A stretch of DNA of 64,000 nucleotides from positions 21,159 to 85,158 of the forward strand of contig CAVQAE010000009.1 in NCBI GenBank assembly GCA_963710435.1, given 5' to 3'. This document shows positions 27,135-35,595 of this stretch, piece by piece. Both the position numbers and the translations under genes were made by a program. Under the pieces are notes generated by a model. It made no database searches. It worked only from the letters and a program-made list of their open reading frames with translations, and was not told the origin of the DNA. The DNA comes from an uncultured Gammaproteobacteria bacterium (GTDB lineage Bacteria; Pseudomonadota; Gammaproteobacteria; Steroidobacterales; Steroidobacteraceae). Each line of letters begins with the position of its first letter. Within the stretch, counting starts at the first letter, position 1.

Positions 27135-28189
27135 GCAAACGACAGATCCACGAGCACGTTCTTTCCAAGCTCCGCGCCCTGCCCTCCGCCGATCTCGCCG
27201 AAGAATTACCGGTCGAGACGCGCCGCCCCTCCACCTACATGGGTCAAGTGGGCGTCGAGCTGAAGTCGGGGCTGAAGACACGCATTCAGGAGCTCGAGGC
27301 GCAACTTGCCAAGGGCGAAGTCGTCTTGAAGCTCGACCCGAAGCGTATTCGAGCCTCCACCTTGGCGAATCGCGATGAGCGGTCATTGTCCATCGAGGAC
27401 GAGGACTTCGCGCGCCTCAAGGCGGACATCCGGATCGTCGGCAACCGCACGCCGATCGAGGTGCGCACGTTGCACGATGTCGCCGATTTCGACTATGAGA
27501 TCGTGTCCGGACATCGCCGCCATGCCGCCTGTGTGCAACTCGCCCACGAGCTCGAGGCGGGCTTCCCGGTGCGCGCCCTCCTCGTCGATGCCGCCAAGGA
27601 TCCAATCGAGCTCGTCAAAGGCATGCATCGAGAAAATTTCCTGCGCGCGGACCCCTCCCCGTTCGAGTACGGGATGCTCTATTCCGCCGCCATGCGTGCG
27701 CAGATCTTCTCCACCCAGGCGGACCTTGCCCTGGCGGTGGGCAGCAACCCGACCAGCGTGTCGCATCACATTCAGCTGGTGGAATTGCCCGCCGAGGTCT
27801 TGGCGGCGTTCCGCGACCCTCGGGCGATCTCGCTGCGCTGGATCAAAGAGCTCAGCAAGGCGCTTAAAGAACGCCCCGAGCAGGTCATCGCGACGGCCAA
27901 CGAGATCGCGACCCGCGATGCGCCGACCTCGCCCGAACAGGTCAAAGCTGAGCTCGTTCGCGTGCCTCGGCCGCGGCGCGCCGGCACCGGCCTTGGCAGC
28001 TATGAGCAGACCATCCGCCTCGCCGACAAGAAGACGGTCGGGGCGAAGCTCAAGCGCGACGGCCGCACGCTACGCCTCAGCGTCGGAGCCACCATCACGA
28101 ACCCCGCGCTGCTACGAAAAATGACTGAGCGGGTCGAATCGGCCGTGCGTGAAGTGCTCAAGGAAGACGAGGAATCGCGCCGTGGTTAG
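27131..28189 (+). CDS. parB: ParB-family partition protein
   Basis: It has the ParB N-terminal box YEIVSGHRRHAAC and an HTH region TQADLALAVGSNPTSVSHHIQL. Its GTG start overlaps the parA stop (GTGA). Confidence 0.85.
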   Translation: MSKRQIHEHVLSKLRALPSADLAEELPVETRRPSTYMGQVGVELKSGLKTRIQELEAQLAKGEVVLKLDPKRIRASTLANRDERSLSIEDEDFARLKADIRIVGNRTPIEVRTLHDVADFDYEIVSGHRRHAACVQLAHELEAGFPVRALLVDAAKDPIELVKGMHRENFLRADPSPFEYGMLYSAAMRAQIFSTQADLALAVGSNPTSVSHHIQLVELPAEVLAAFRDPRAISLRWIKELSKALKERPEQVIATANEIATRDAPTSPEQVKAELVRVPRPRRAGTGLGSYEQTIRLADKKTVGAKLKRDGRTLRLSVGATITNPALLRKMTERVESAVREVLKEDEESRRG

Positions 28190-28196
28190 CAGCCAC

Positions 28197-28210
28197 TTTG
28201 CCGCGGCAAA
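28197..28210. promoter_or_regulatory. Candidate parS centromere site, copy 1 (TTTGCCGCGGCAAA)
   Basis: This is a perfect 14-bp palindrome 8 bp after the parB stop. It is repeated 45 bp downstream. Confidence 0.5.
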
Positions 28211-28240
28211 TTGGATCGATGGCGACGCGCCGAGGCGTCG

Positions 28241-28256
28241 ATTTGCCGCGGCAAAT
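28241..28256. promoter_or_regulatory. Candidate parS centromere site, copy 2 (ATTTGCCGCGGCAAAT)
   Basis: This is a perfect 16-bp palindrome with the same 14-bp core as copy 1. Confidence 0.5.
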
Positions 28257-28426
28257 TTCCCCTCGGGGCCACCCCTCGGCGCCCTGCGAAGCTGCGACAC
28301 GAAGGCCGGCATCCCCGGCCTTCGTTGCATCTGGGCCCTGCGAAAAACAGGGATTTTGAATCGGCGGGGCGCGAGCCCTGCCTTGGCCATTGGGGAGGTG
28401 CGCGCTTTGCAACCGACGCCATAAAA

Positions 28427-28453
28427 AAGGCCCCTTGCGGGGCCTTCGTTTTT
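28427..28453. terminator. Bidirectional rho-independent terminator
   Basis: The stem is AAGGCCCC (28427-28434) / GGGGCCTT (28439-28446) with loop TTGC. An A6 tract lies upstream and a T5 tract downstream, so the structure can terminate transcripts from either direction. Confidence 0.6.
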
Positions 28454-28594
28454 CGTCCCGGGAGCCAGGGCAAGAGTGCCTAACCGCCGTTACTAGCAAA
28501 ACCAAGGTTAGGTTGCTCTTCGCAGCCCGTCAAGGCTAATTCCCTCGATATCCCGGTTTTTGAGCAAATCGTCTGTGTGGGCGAGGGGATTGTC

Positions 28595-29533
28595 ATGTCA
28601 GTAGAAACGAGTCGGGATGCGCGCGCGGTACTCGCGCGCGATAAGTATTTTTCGTTGCGACCCAAACCGCTGGAGCGCTGGATTTGGCAGCAGGGCCTTC
28701 CTCAGGCCGCCGAGCGCGTGTTCTGGCTGCATTGGGAGGAGGGTATGCGACGAGGCGACTGGTGCAGCGAGCTCGCGCTCAAGCAAGTCGCCCGGGAATG
28801 CGCCGTGGACACCTCCACCGTCACGCGCGCTTATCAGGTCTTGAAGCGCTTTGGTCTCATCCGTCGCGAAGATCCCGGCCGCGATCCGGCCAACCCCTAT
28901 CGGCAGGCGATCGCCGTCACCGAGGTGCTCGCGCCGCGTGATTTGGTGCTGACGCTCAGTCGCTTCCCGAGTCGCGCCCGAGTCGAGCTCGCGGCACCGT
29001 CCGCCCCGCAAGGCGGACCGATGCCTGTCCCAGCGGCCGCCCGGCTCCCGATCAGCCGCGGCGAGTCCAAGCTCCTCATGAGCAAGCTCTCCGAGAGAGA
29101 ATCGCAGGCGTATTACTGCGCCGCGCGCGACCGGCGCACGGCGATTACATTCGATGAGACCACGGCGCTCTCCCCGGAGGAGCGGGGCCGGGTGCTGGCG
29201 CTGCTCAGCGCAGTCGCGAGCGCGAGGCCCACCTCGGAAAAAGCCACCCAGCCGCCGACCGGCACCAACCCTGCGAAGCCACGCCGACTGTCCGCGCTCG
29301 AGGCCGCCCGCGTGCGCAGCGCGGTGCTATCGCTCGCGCCCGCAAGCGAGGCCGCTGAGCTCTTCCGACAGGTGCTGTGGTCCATGGAGGAGGGGGCCCT
29401 GCGACGCTTCGATCCGCGTCTCGCCCTCAACATCGCGCTCAAGAAGATTCGCGAAGGGGCGTGGACCCGGCCGCATCGCTTGCCGCCCCACTGGTTGACG
29501 GGTGCACGTCGCGAGACCTGCAACGCTGCATAG
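28595..29533 (+). CDS. wHTH DNA-binding protein; candidate replicon initiator (function unproven)
   Basis: The 312-aa product starts at ATG 28595, which is preceded by GAGGGG. It has a winged-helix-like segment ALKQVARECAVDTSTVTRAYQVLKRFGLIRRE. Its position directly after parAB-parS and its flanking by two ~400-bp non-coding tracts suggest a Rep role. I recognise no family signature. Confidence 0.4.
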   Translation: MSVETSRDARAVLARDKYFSLRPKPLERWIWQQGLPQAAERVFWLHWEEGMRRGDWCSELALKQVARECAVDTSTVTRAYQVLKRFGLIRREDPGRDPANPYRQAIAVTEVLAPRDLVLTLSRFPSRARVELAAPSAPQGGPMPVPAAARLPISRGESKLLMSKLSERESQAYYCAARDRRTAITFDETTALSPEERGRVLALLSAVASARPTSEKATQPPTGTNPAKPRRLSALEAARVRSAVLSLAPASEAAELFRQVLWSMEEGALRRFDPRLALNIALKKIREGAWTRPHRLPPHWLTGARRETCNAA

Positions 29534-29950
29534 GGAATAAGGATCTATGCGGAAGCTATGTAGATACGAAGAGAAAGATTCGGGCATGCGCCCGATGGGG
29601 TGAGACACGGACGCGAAGAAAGGCCGGGAGTCGAGTGCTCGAGAGGCCGAGGTCGTGGAACATTCCGTGGAACACTGGTCGATATGAATCATTGAAAATC
29701 ATAGAGTTACGGCATCGGGAGGGCATTCGAAGAGGCCCTAACGGGTCTGGTAACATCCAAGGGAAACATGTTGCCCTTGAGTTCCCTGAATTGCCGCATC
29801 CCGGAGATGGAGGCGTGACGGCGCGCCGAGAGTTCTTGCGACAGGGGTCGGAAGGGGAGGGCGAGACGACACAGGCCCAGGGCGATCTGGTTGCGGGCGA
29901 GGCTATTCGGTACGGTAAGAGGGCCTGTGGCCGCGTTTCGAGGATCCCGC

Positions 29951-30976
29951 ATGTCGGAAGCCGATCTATCACTGACAACGGCAACGCGCCTCGGCGGACT
30001 CCCGCTTGAGTCTCGGTTGCGTATCGGTGTGCAGACACTGCACAGGCGCTCCGAGCCGGCATCGCAACCCTGGTTGCCCACCATCGATGAGCTGCAAGCG
30101 CACGTGCGGCTGGTCGATGCCTGCGGTTACGACTCGATTTGGGTCGGCGATCACGTCGCTTTCGCCATCCCGATTCTCGATCCACTCCTGCAGCTGGCGC
30201 AGGCCGCGGTCGTGAGTCGGCGCCTCATCTTGGGGACTGCCGTCTATCTGGTGCCGCTGCGAGCGCCCGGGCCGATTGCGAAAATGGTGGCCTCGCTCGA
30301 CCATCTCACCGAGGGCCGCCTGATTTTTGGCGTGGGCGTGGGCGGCGAGTTCCCGAAGGAGTTCGAGCTTTGCGGGGTGCCGGTGAATGAGCGCGGTGCG
30401 CGCTTGACGGAGAGCATGGAGGTGCTGCGCAAGATTTGGACTGGCGAGCCCGTGAGCCATCAAGGCCGCCATTTTCAGTTCAGCGAGGTCGCGATGCAGC
30501 CGCCGCCGCGGGAACCGGGCGGCCCGCCGATGTGGTGCGGGGGCCGTTCCGATGCCGCGCTCGCCCGCGCGGCGCGACTCGCCGATGGCTGGATCTCTTA
30601 CGTGGTGACGCCCGCCATGTTTGCAGACTCGCTCGCGAAGATTGCTCGGTTTGCCGCGGCCGCCAAGCCTCGCACGAGGAGCTTCGGCACCGCCCACTTG
30701 CTGTTCCTGCGTCTCGATGACGATCCGGCCGAAGCGTTTCGAGCGGCAAATGAGTGTCTGAGCGTTCGCTATGGCACGGATTTCAGCAAGCCGACGCGAC
30801 GCTATGCGGCCTTGGGGCCCCCGATCGCTGTTGCGGCGCAGGTTCGGGCCTATCACGAGGCCGGTGCTCGGCATGTGATTCTCGACTTCGTGGGCCCCTA
30901 CGAGGACCGCGATCGCCAGATCGAGCGTTTCGCGGCGGACGTGATGCCACTGCTCAAGGACCTCACCCAGGGATGA
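29951..30976 (+). CDS. Luciferase-like monooxygenase (LLM) family oxidoreductase
   Basis: Motifs are ...LVDACGYDSIWVGDHVAF..., LIFGVGVGGEFPKEFELCGVP and WCGGRSDAALARAARLADGW. I chose the in-frame ATG 29951. Confidence 0.75.
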   Translation: MSEADLSLTTATRLGGLPLESRLRIGVQTLHRRSEPASQPWLPTIDELQAHVRLVDACGYDSIWVGDHVAFAIPILDPLLQLAQAAVVSRRLILGTAVYLVPLRAPGPIAKMVASLDHLTEGRLIFGVGVGGEFPKEFELCGVPVNERGARLTESMEVLRKIWTGEPVSHQGRHFQFSEVAMQPPPREPGGPPMWCGGRSDAALARAARLADGWISYVVTPAMFADSLAKIARFAAAAKPRTRSFGTAHLLFLRLDDDPAEAFRAANECLSVRYGTDFSKPTRRYAALGPPIAVAAQVRAYHEAGARHVILDFVGPYEDRDRQIERFAADVMPLLKDLTQG

Positions 30977-31018
30977 CGCGACATTCGGCGATGCCGCGCC
31001 AATGCGCCGCCGCTGCAA

Positions 31019-33082
31019 TCAGATCCGCTGAGCGAGCGCTGTGCCCTCGAGAATCGCGCGGGTGGCATCGAGCTCGCTCGCCGAGCGCGCCCCCCCGATG
31101 ATGTCAAAGGACAAGCCCGCTTCGGCGAGTCGGGCAGGAAGCTCCCGCTCGGGCTCTTGGCCGGCGCACACGACCACCGTGTCGACTTCGGCAACTCGCA
31201 GGTGATGATCGATCCGATAGTGCAACCCGCGCGCATCGATCTTGAGGTACTCGCAGCCGCAGAGCGCTGCGACGCCTCGGGCCTTCAGTTTGCTCTTGAG
31301 GATCCAGCCCGTCGAGACGCCGAGTCGCGCGCCCGCTCGCGCCACACCGCGCTGAAACAGCGTGACTTCGCGTGCGGGGCCGGGCCCGTCCGGCGTCTTC
31401 AGGCCACCGCTCGATCGCAAGGTCGTATCGACGCCCCATTCGGCCAAGAAACGCGCAGCGCTACCACTGTCGCGAACGTCTGATCGATGCGTGTCGGTGA
31501 GAAACTCCGCCACATCGTGCGCGATGCCGCCCGTGCCGATGATCGCGACGCGCCGGCCGGGATTGCACCGTCCGAGAATGATGTCGGTATAAGTGGCCGT
31601 CTTGGCCGCCTCGATCGGCCCGAATTCAAGGCGACGCGCGATGCTGCCGGTGGCGACGATGACGTGATCCACGCCCTCGGCTCGCACGCGATCCACCGTC
31701 GCGCGCGTCGCCAGCCGCAGCTCGACACCCCGGTGGGCGAGCTGCACCTTGAAGTAGCGCAACAGCTCGGCAAATTCGTTCTTGCCGGGGATTCGCCGCG
31801 CGAGATTCAACTGCCCGCCGATGTCCGCTTCCGCCTCGAACAACACGACCGCGTGGCCGCGCGCGGCGGCGTGCACGGCGAAGGCGAGTCCGGCAGGCCC
31901 GGCGCCGACCACGGCGAGTCGTCTGGGGACGCCGGCCGGCACGGCCTCGGCCGCCCACTCGATCTCGCGGCCCGCTCGCGGGTTGACGAGGCAGGAGGCC
32001 GAGCGCTCACTGAAAATAAAGTCGAGGCAGGCCTGATTGCAGGCGATGCACGTGTTGATCTCAGCCGCTCGACCGGCGGCCGCCTTCGCGACAAACTCCG
32101 GATCCGCGAGCAGCGGGCGCGCCAGGGAAATGAGGTCCGCCTCGCCGCGACCCAAGATCTCCTCCGCCAACTCGGGCGTGTTGATGCGGTTCGAGGCCAC
32201 CACCGGAATGTCGACCGCGGCCTTCAAGTGTGCGGTGGCAAAGCGCCAAGTCCCGCGCGGCACGTGATAGGCGATCGTCGGCACCGGTGACTCATGCCAG
32301 CCGATGCCTGTGGAGAGGAAGTCGGCCCCCGCCGACTCGACCAGCCGCGCGAGGTAAGCCGTCTCCTCACCGCTCAGTCCCTCGGGAACCAAGTCGAGCG
32401 CGGAAATCCGATAAGCGAGTAGGGGCTCTCGCCCCAGGCGAGCGCGCACGCGCCGCACGATCTCGCCGGCCAGATGGCAGCGATTCTCCAGCGTACCGCC
32501 CCAGCGATCTTCGCGTCGATTCGAGCGCGAAGCGCAGAACTGGGTCAGCAAGTAGCCTTCCGAGCCCATGATCTCCACGCCATCGTAGCCACCCTGGATC
32601 GCAAGCTCGGCGGTCCTCGCGAAATCCTCGATGGTGCGCTCGATGTCCGCTTCATCCATGGCGCGCGGTGTGCGTGGGTTGATGGGGGAGGGGAGGGGCG
32701 AGGGGCCCACGAGGCGGTGATGCTTGGCATAGCGGCCCGCATGCAGGATCTGCAGCAGCATTTTGCAGCCGAATGCGTGTACGGCCGCCGTGACCGGCCG
32801 ATGCTCGGCCAGCTGCTCGGGTCGGTCGAGGCCCTGGGCATCGTCCTCCAGGCGGCCTTCCTCGTTTGGCGCATAGCCGGCCGTCACGATCAGTGCCGCG
32901 CCGCCGCGCGCACGCGCGGCGTAAAAGGCGATGCGACGTTCCAGCGAGCGGGACGCTTGCTCGAGACGCGTGTGCATGGACCCCATCACGACGCGATTGC
33001 GCAACGTGTGCTGTCCCACTTGGAGCGGCGACAGGAGGTGCGGATAGCGCGATGCGCTCGAGTCACTCACAGGGATTGGCAC
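31019..33082 (-). CDS. fadH: NADPH-dependent 2,4-dienoyl-CoA reductase (FadH-type OYE/Fe-S/FAD flavoprotein)
   Basis: The 687-aa product has an OYE barrel N-terminus LLSPLQVGQHTLRNRVVMGSMHT, a Cys cluster CIACNQACLD, and two dinucleotide folds VVGAGPAGLAFA and IIGTGGIAHD. Confidence 0.8.
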   Translation of the reverse strand: MPIPVSDSSASRYPHLLSPLQVGQHTLRNRVVMGSMHTRLEQASRSLERRIAFYAARARGGAALIVTAGYAPNEEGRLEDDAQGLDRPEQLAEHRPVTAAVHAFGCKMLLQILHAGRYAKHHRLVGPSPLPSPINPRTPRAMDEADIERTIEDFARTAELAIQGGYDGVEIMGSEGYLLTQFCASRSNRREDRWGGTLENRCHLAGEIVRRVRARLGREPLLAYRISALDLVPEGLSGEETAYLARLVESAGADFLSTGIGWHESPVPTIAYHVPRGTWRFATAHLKAAVDIPVVASNRINTPELAEEILGRGEADLISLARPLLADPEFVAKAAAGRAAEINTCIACNQACLDFIFSERSASCLVNPRAGREIEWAAEAVPAGVPRRLAVVGAGPAGLAFAVHAAARGHAVVLFEAEADIGGQLNLARRIPGKNEFAELLRYFKVQLAHRGVELRLATRATVDRVRAEGVDHVIVATGSIARRLEFGPIEAAKTATYTDIILGRCNPGRRVAIIGTGGIAHDVAEFLTDTHRSDVRDSGSAARFLAEWGVDTTLRSSGGLKTPDGPGPAREVTLFQRGVARAGARLGVSTGWILKSKLKARGVAALCGCEYLKIDARGLHYRIDHHLRVAEVDTVVVCAGQEPERELPARLAEAGLSFDIIGGARSASELDATRAILEGTALAQRI

Positions 33083-33162
33083 GCCTCACGGCAGGCTTTC
33101 GCCCGCTCGCCGCAGGCTCGCCCGAGGTCGATTGACCAGGCGGCCGGCATCTGTAAAAATCA

Positions 33163-33185
33163 GAATAACGTTCATATAAGTGAAT
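33163..33185. promoter_or_regulatory. Composite operator GAAT-N3-GTTC-N8-GAAT
   Basis: The sequence is GAATAACGTTCATATAAGTGAAT, in the divergent region between fadH and the acyl-CoA dehydrogenase genes. Confidence 0.5.
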
Positions 33186-33242
33186 ATAGCTCGGCGGCCG
33201 CAGGTGTGCACCCGGCCTGTCCTGCGAGGGTATCATCCGCGC

Positions 33243-34445
33243 ATGAATTTCGAGTTCAGCCCCGAAGACCAGGCGTTTCGCGCCGAGGTGCGTGCGTTCG
33301 TGCGGGCGAAGCTCCCGGCGAGCATCGCGCTCGATGTGAAGCGTTGGCATGACCCGCTGATGAAGAATTTCCGCGCCTGGCAACGCATCCTCAACGAGCA
33401 CGGCTGGGGCGCGCCGCATTGGCCGAAGGAGTATGGCGGCAGCGATTGGGGGCCGATGCGCAAGCACATCTACATGCAGGAGATGTACGCGGCCAACGCA
33501 CCGGATTTTGGCTGGCAGGGTCTGCACATGCTCGCCCCCGTGCTCATCGCGTTCGGCTCCGCGGCGCAGCGGGCGCGGTTCTTGCCGCCGATGCTGAGGG
33601 GCGATGAGATCTGGTGTCAGGGTTTCTCGGAGCCGGGGGCGGGATCCGATCTCGCGCATCTCAAGACCTCCGCCACGCTCGACGGCGACTCGTACGTCAT
33701 CCAAGGACAGAAGATCTGGACGAGTGATGCGGCCGATAGCGATTGGGGCTTTTTCCTCTGCCGCACGGATGCGACCGTCAAGCCGCAGCGGGGATTGTCC
33801 TTCTTGCTGGTGCCGATGAACTCCCCGGGCGTCACGGTTCGTCCCATCCGCGCGATCAGCGGCCGCTCGGATCTTAACGAGGTCTTTCTAGATCACGTCA
33901 AAGTGCCGCGCGAGAATCTGGTCGGTGAGCCCGACATGGGGTGGACCTATGCCAAATATCTCCTCGAGAAAGAGCGGACCACGAGCGCGTTCCTTTATTT
34001 CAATTGGCGCGAGCTCGACAAGGCCAAAGCGATCGCGCGGCAGATCCGCGTTGGCACGGTGCCGCTGCTGGATACCCCGACGTTTGCCCTCAAGGTCGCG
34101 CGCGTCGAGGCGGATTTGCTGGCGTTGGAGTGGTCGGTGCTGCGCATCCTCGCGGGTGAGAAGAACAAGTACAACCTGGACGCGGTCGTCTCGGCCCTGA
34201 AGATCCGCGGATCGGAAATGCAGCAACGTGTGACCGAGCTGCAGATGGAGGCGCTGGGCCCGCTCGGCATTCGGCATTTCCAACATGGAGATGCGACGCT
34301 CGACGATCCGACGCAGGCGCCCAGCTGGCCCGAGTATTCGATTGGCCCGGCCGGCGTCTTTTTGCACACCCGGGCCGCCACGATCTACGGCGGGACACGC
34401 GAAGTGCAGAAGAACATCATCGCCAAGCTGGCCTTCGGCGTGTAG
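33243..34445 (+). CDS. Acyl-CoA dehydrogenase (first of an adjacent pair)
   Basis: Motifs are MNFEFSPEDQAFRAEVRAF..., WCQGFSEPGAGSDLA and a C-terminal IYGGTREVQKNIIAK. Confidence 0.9.
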   Translation: MNFEFSPEDQAFRAEVRAFVRAKLPASIALDVKRWHDPLMKNFRAWQRILNEHGWGAPHWPKEYGGSDWGPMRKHIYMQEMYAANAPDFGWQGLHMLAPVLIAFGSAAQRARFLPPMLRGDEIWCQGFSEPGAGSDLAHLKTSATLDGDSYVIQGQKIWTSDAADSDWGFFLCRTDATVKPQRGLSFLLVPMNSPGVTVRPIRAISGRSDLNEVFLDHVKVPRENLVGEPDMGWTYAKYLLEKERTTSAFLYFNWRELDKAKAIARQIRVGTVPLLDTPTFALKVARVEADLLALEWSVLRILAGEKNKYNLDAVVSALKIRGSEMQQRVTELQMEALGPLGIRHFQHGDATLDDPTQAPSWPEYSIGPAGVFLHTRAATIYGGTREVQKNIIAKLAFGV

Positions 34446-34452
34446 GGGCGCG

Positions 34453-35595
34453 GTGGTGGATTTAACCCTCACCGACGAGCAGCAAATGTTGCGCGATGGC
34501 GTACAACGCTTCGTGGCGCAGCACTACGAGTTCGAGAAGCGCCGCGCGCTGGTCGCGAGCGAGTTGGGCTACAGCCCGGATCATTGGCGGCTGTTCGCCG
34601 AGCTCGGCTGGCTGGCCGTGGGGCTGCCCGAGGACGCGGGCGGGCTCGGCGGCAGTTGCATCGATACGGCGCTCGTCATGGAAGCTTTCGGGGCCGGTCT
34701 GGTACTCGAGCCGTACGCCGCGAACGTCGTGCTCTCGGGCAGAATCCTCGAGCGCATCGAGAATCCACAGCTCCGCGCAAGCCTGCTCACGGCCTTGGCG
34801 GAGGGGCGAGCGCGAATCGCGCTCGCGCATTTCGAGCCCGCGGCGCGCTATTCGCTGAGGGCGATCGACACGTCGGCCGAGCGGCGCGACGGCGCCTACG
34901 TGATTCGCGGCACGAAATCCCTGGTGCTCGATGGCGCCACCGCCGATCAGTTGATCGTGTCCGCGCGTCTCGACGGTTCGCTCGCGCTCTTCTTGATCGA
35001 TCGGCGCGCCGCCGGGATCGCGGTCGAGAGCTACCGGCTGATGGACGATAGCGTGGCGGCGGACGTGATCCTGCGGGACGTGAAGGTCGGCGATGCGGCG
35101 CTCCTCATGAGCGGCCCGGGCGTGGTCGGGGTGCTCGAGGAGGCGACCGACCGCTTCATTCTCGCGAAGGTGGCCGAATCGCTCGGTGCGGTCGAAGCCG
35201 TGCTCGAGATCACCAGCGAGTACGTCAAGTCGCGCGTTCAATTCGGACAGCCGCTGAGCAAGTTCCAGGCCACCCAACACCGCCTCGCGGAAATGTTTGT
35301 CGAGGTCCAGGAGATGCGTTCGATTCTCTATTGCGGGCTCGCGCATATCGACGCGGAGCCCGCGGAACGCCGCCGCGCGGTGTCTGCGGCCAAGGTGGTC
35401 GCCTGCGGCGGCGGCCGTTTGGTGACGGGCCTTGGCATTCAGCTGCACGGCGGTATGGGGATGACCGATGAGTATCGGGTCGGCCACTATTTCAAAAAGC
35501 TGGTGACCACGGAGAAGCTGTTCGGCGATGTCGACTACCATCTGACGCGCTTGGCCTTCGGGCTCGGCGAACCTTCGATCGGAGCGCCGTCATGA
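34453..35595 (+). CDS. Acyl-CoA dehydrogenase (second of the pair)
   Basis: Motifs are VVDLTLTDEQQMLRDGVQRF... and QLHGGMGMTDEYRVGHYFKKL. I chose the GTG start at 34453, 8 nt after the upstream stop. The earlier part of the track ORF overlaps the preceding gene. Confidence 0.85.
   Translation: MVDLTLTDEQQMLRDGVQRFVAQHYEFEKRRALVASELGYSPDHWRLFAELGWLAVGLPEDAGGLGGSCIDTALVMEAFGAGLVLEPYAANVVLSGRILERIENPQLRASLLTALAEGRARIALAHFEPAARYSLRAIDTSAERRDGAYVIRGTKSLVLDGATADQLIVSARLDGSLALFLIDRRAAGIAVESYRLMDDSVAADVILRDVKVGDAALLMSGPGVVGVLEEATDRFILAKVAESLGAVEAVLEITSEYVKSRVQFGQPLSKFQATQHRLAEMFVEVQEMRSILYCGLAHIDAEPAERRRAVSAAKVVACGGGRLVTGLGIQLHGGMGMTDEYRVGHYFKKLVTTEKLFGDVDYHLTRLAFGLGEPSIGAPS

Noticed and set aside
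28149-28505. Several 90-115-aa ORFs on both strands lie in the parB-rep spacer.
   Set aside because: They overlap one another and the palindromes, hairpins and terminator, and they have Arg/Gly/Pro-rich composition. The region is better explained as cis-acting DNA or RNA.
29377-30009. A 210-aa + strand ORF spans the end of the rep-like gene and the 417-bp spacer. The 209-aa minus-strand ORF 29556..30185 covers similar ground.
   Set aside because: They have no motifs and atypical composition, and they overlap better-supported genes at both ends. I treat the spacer as non-coding.
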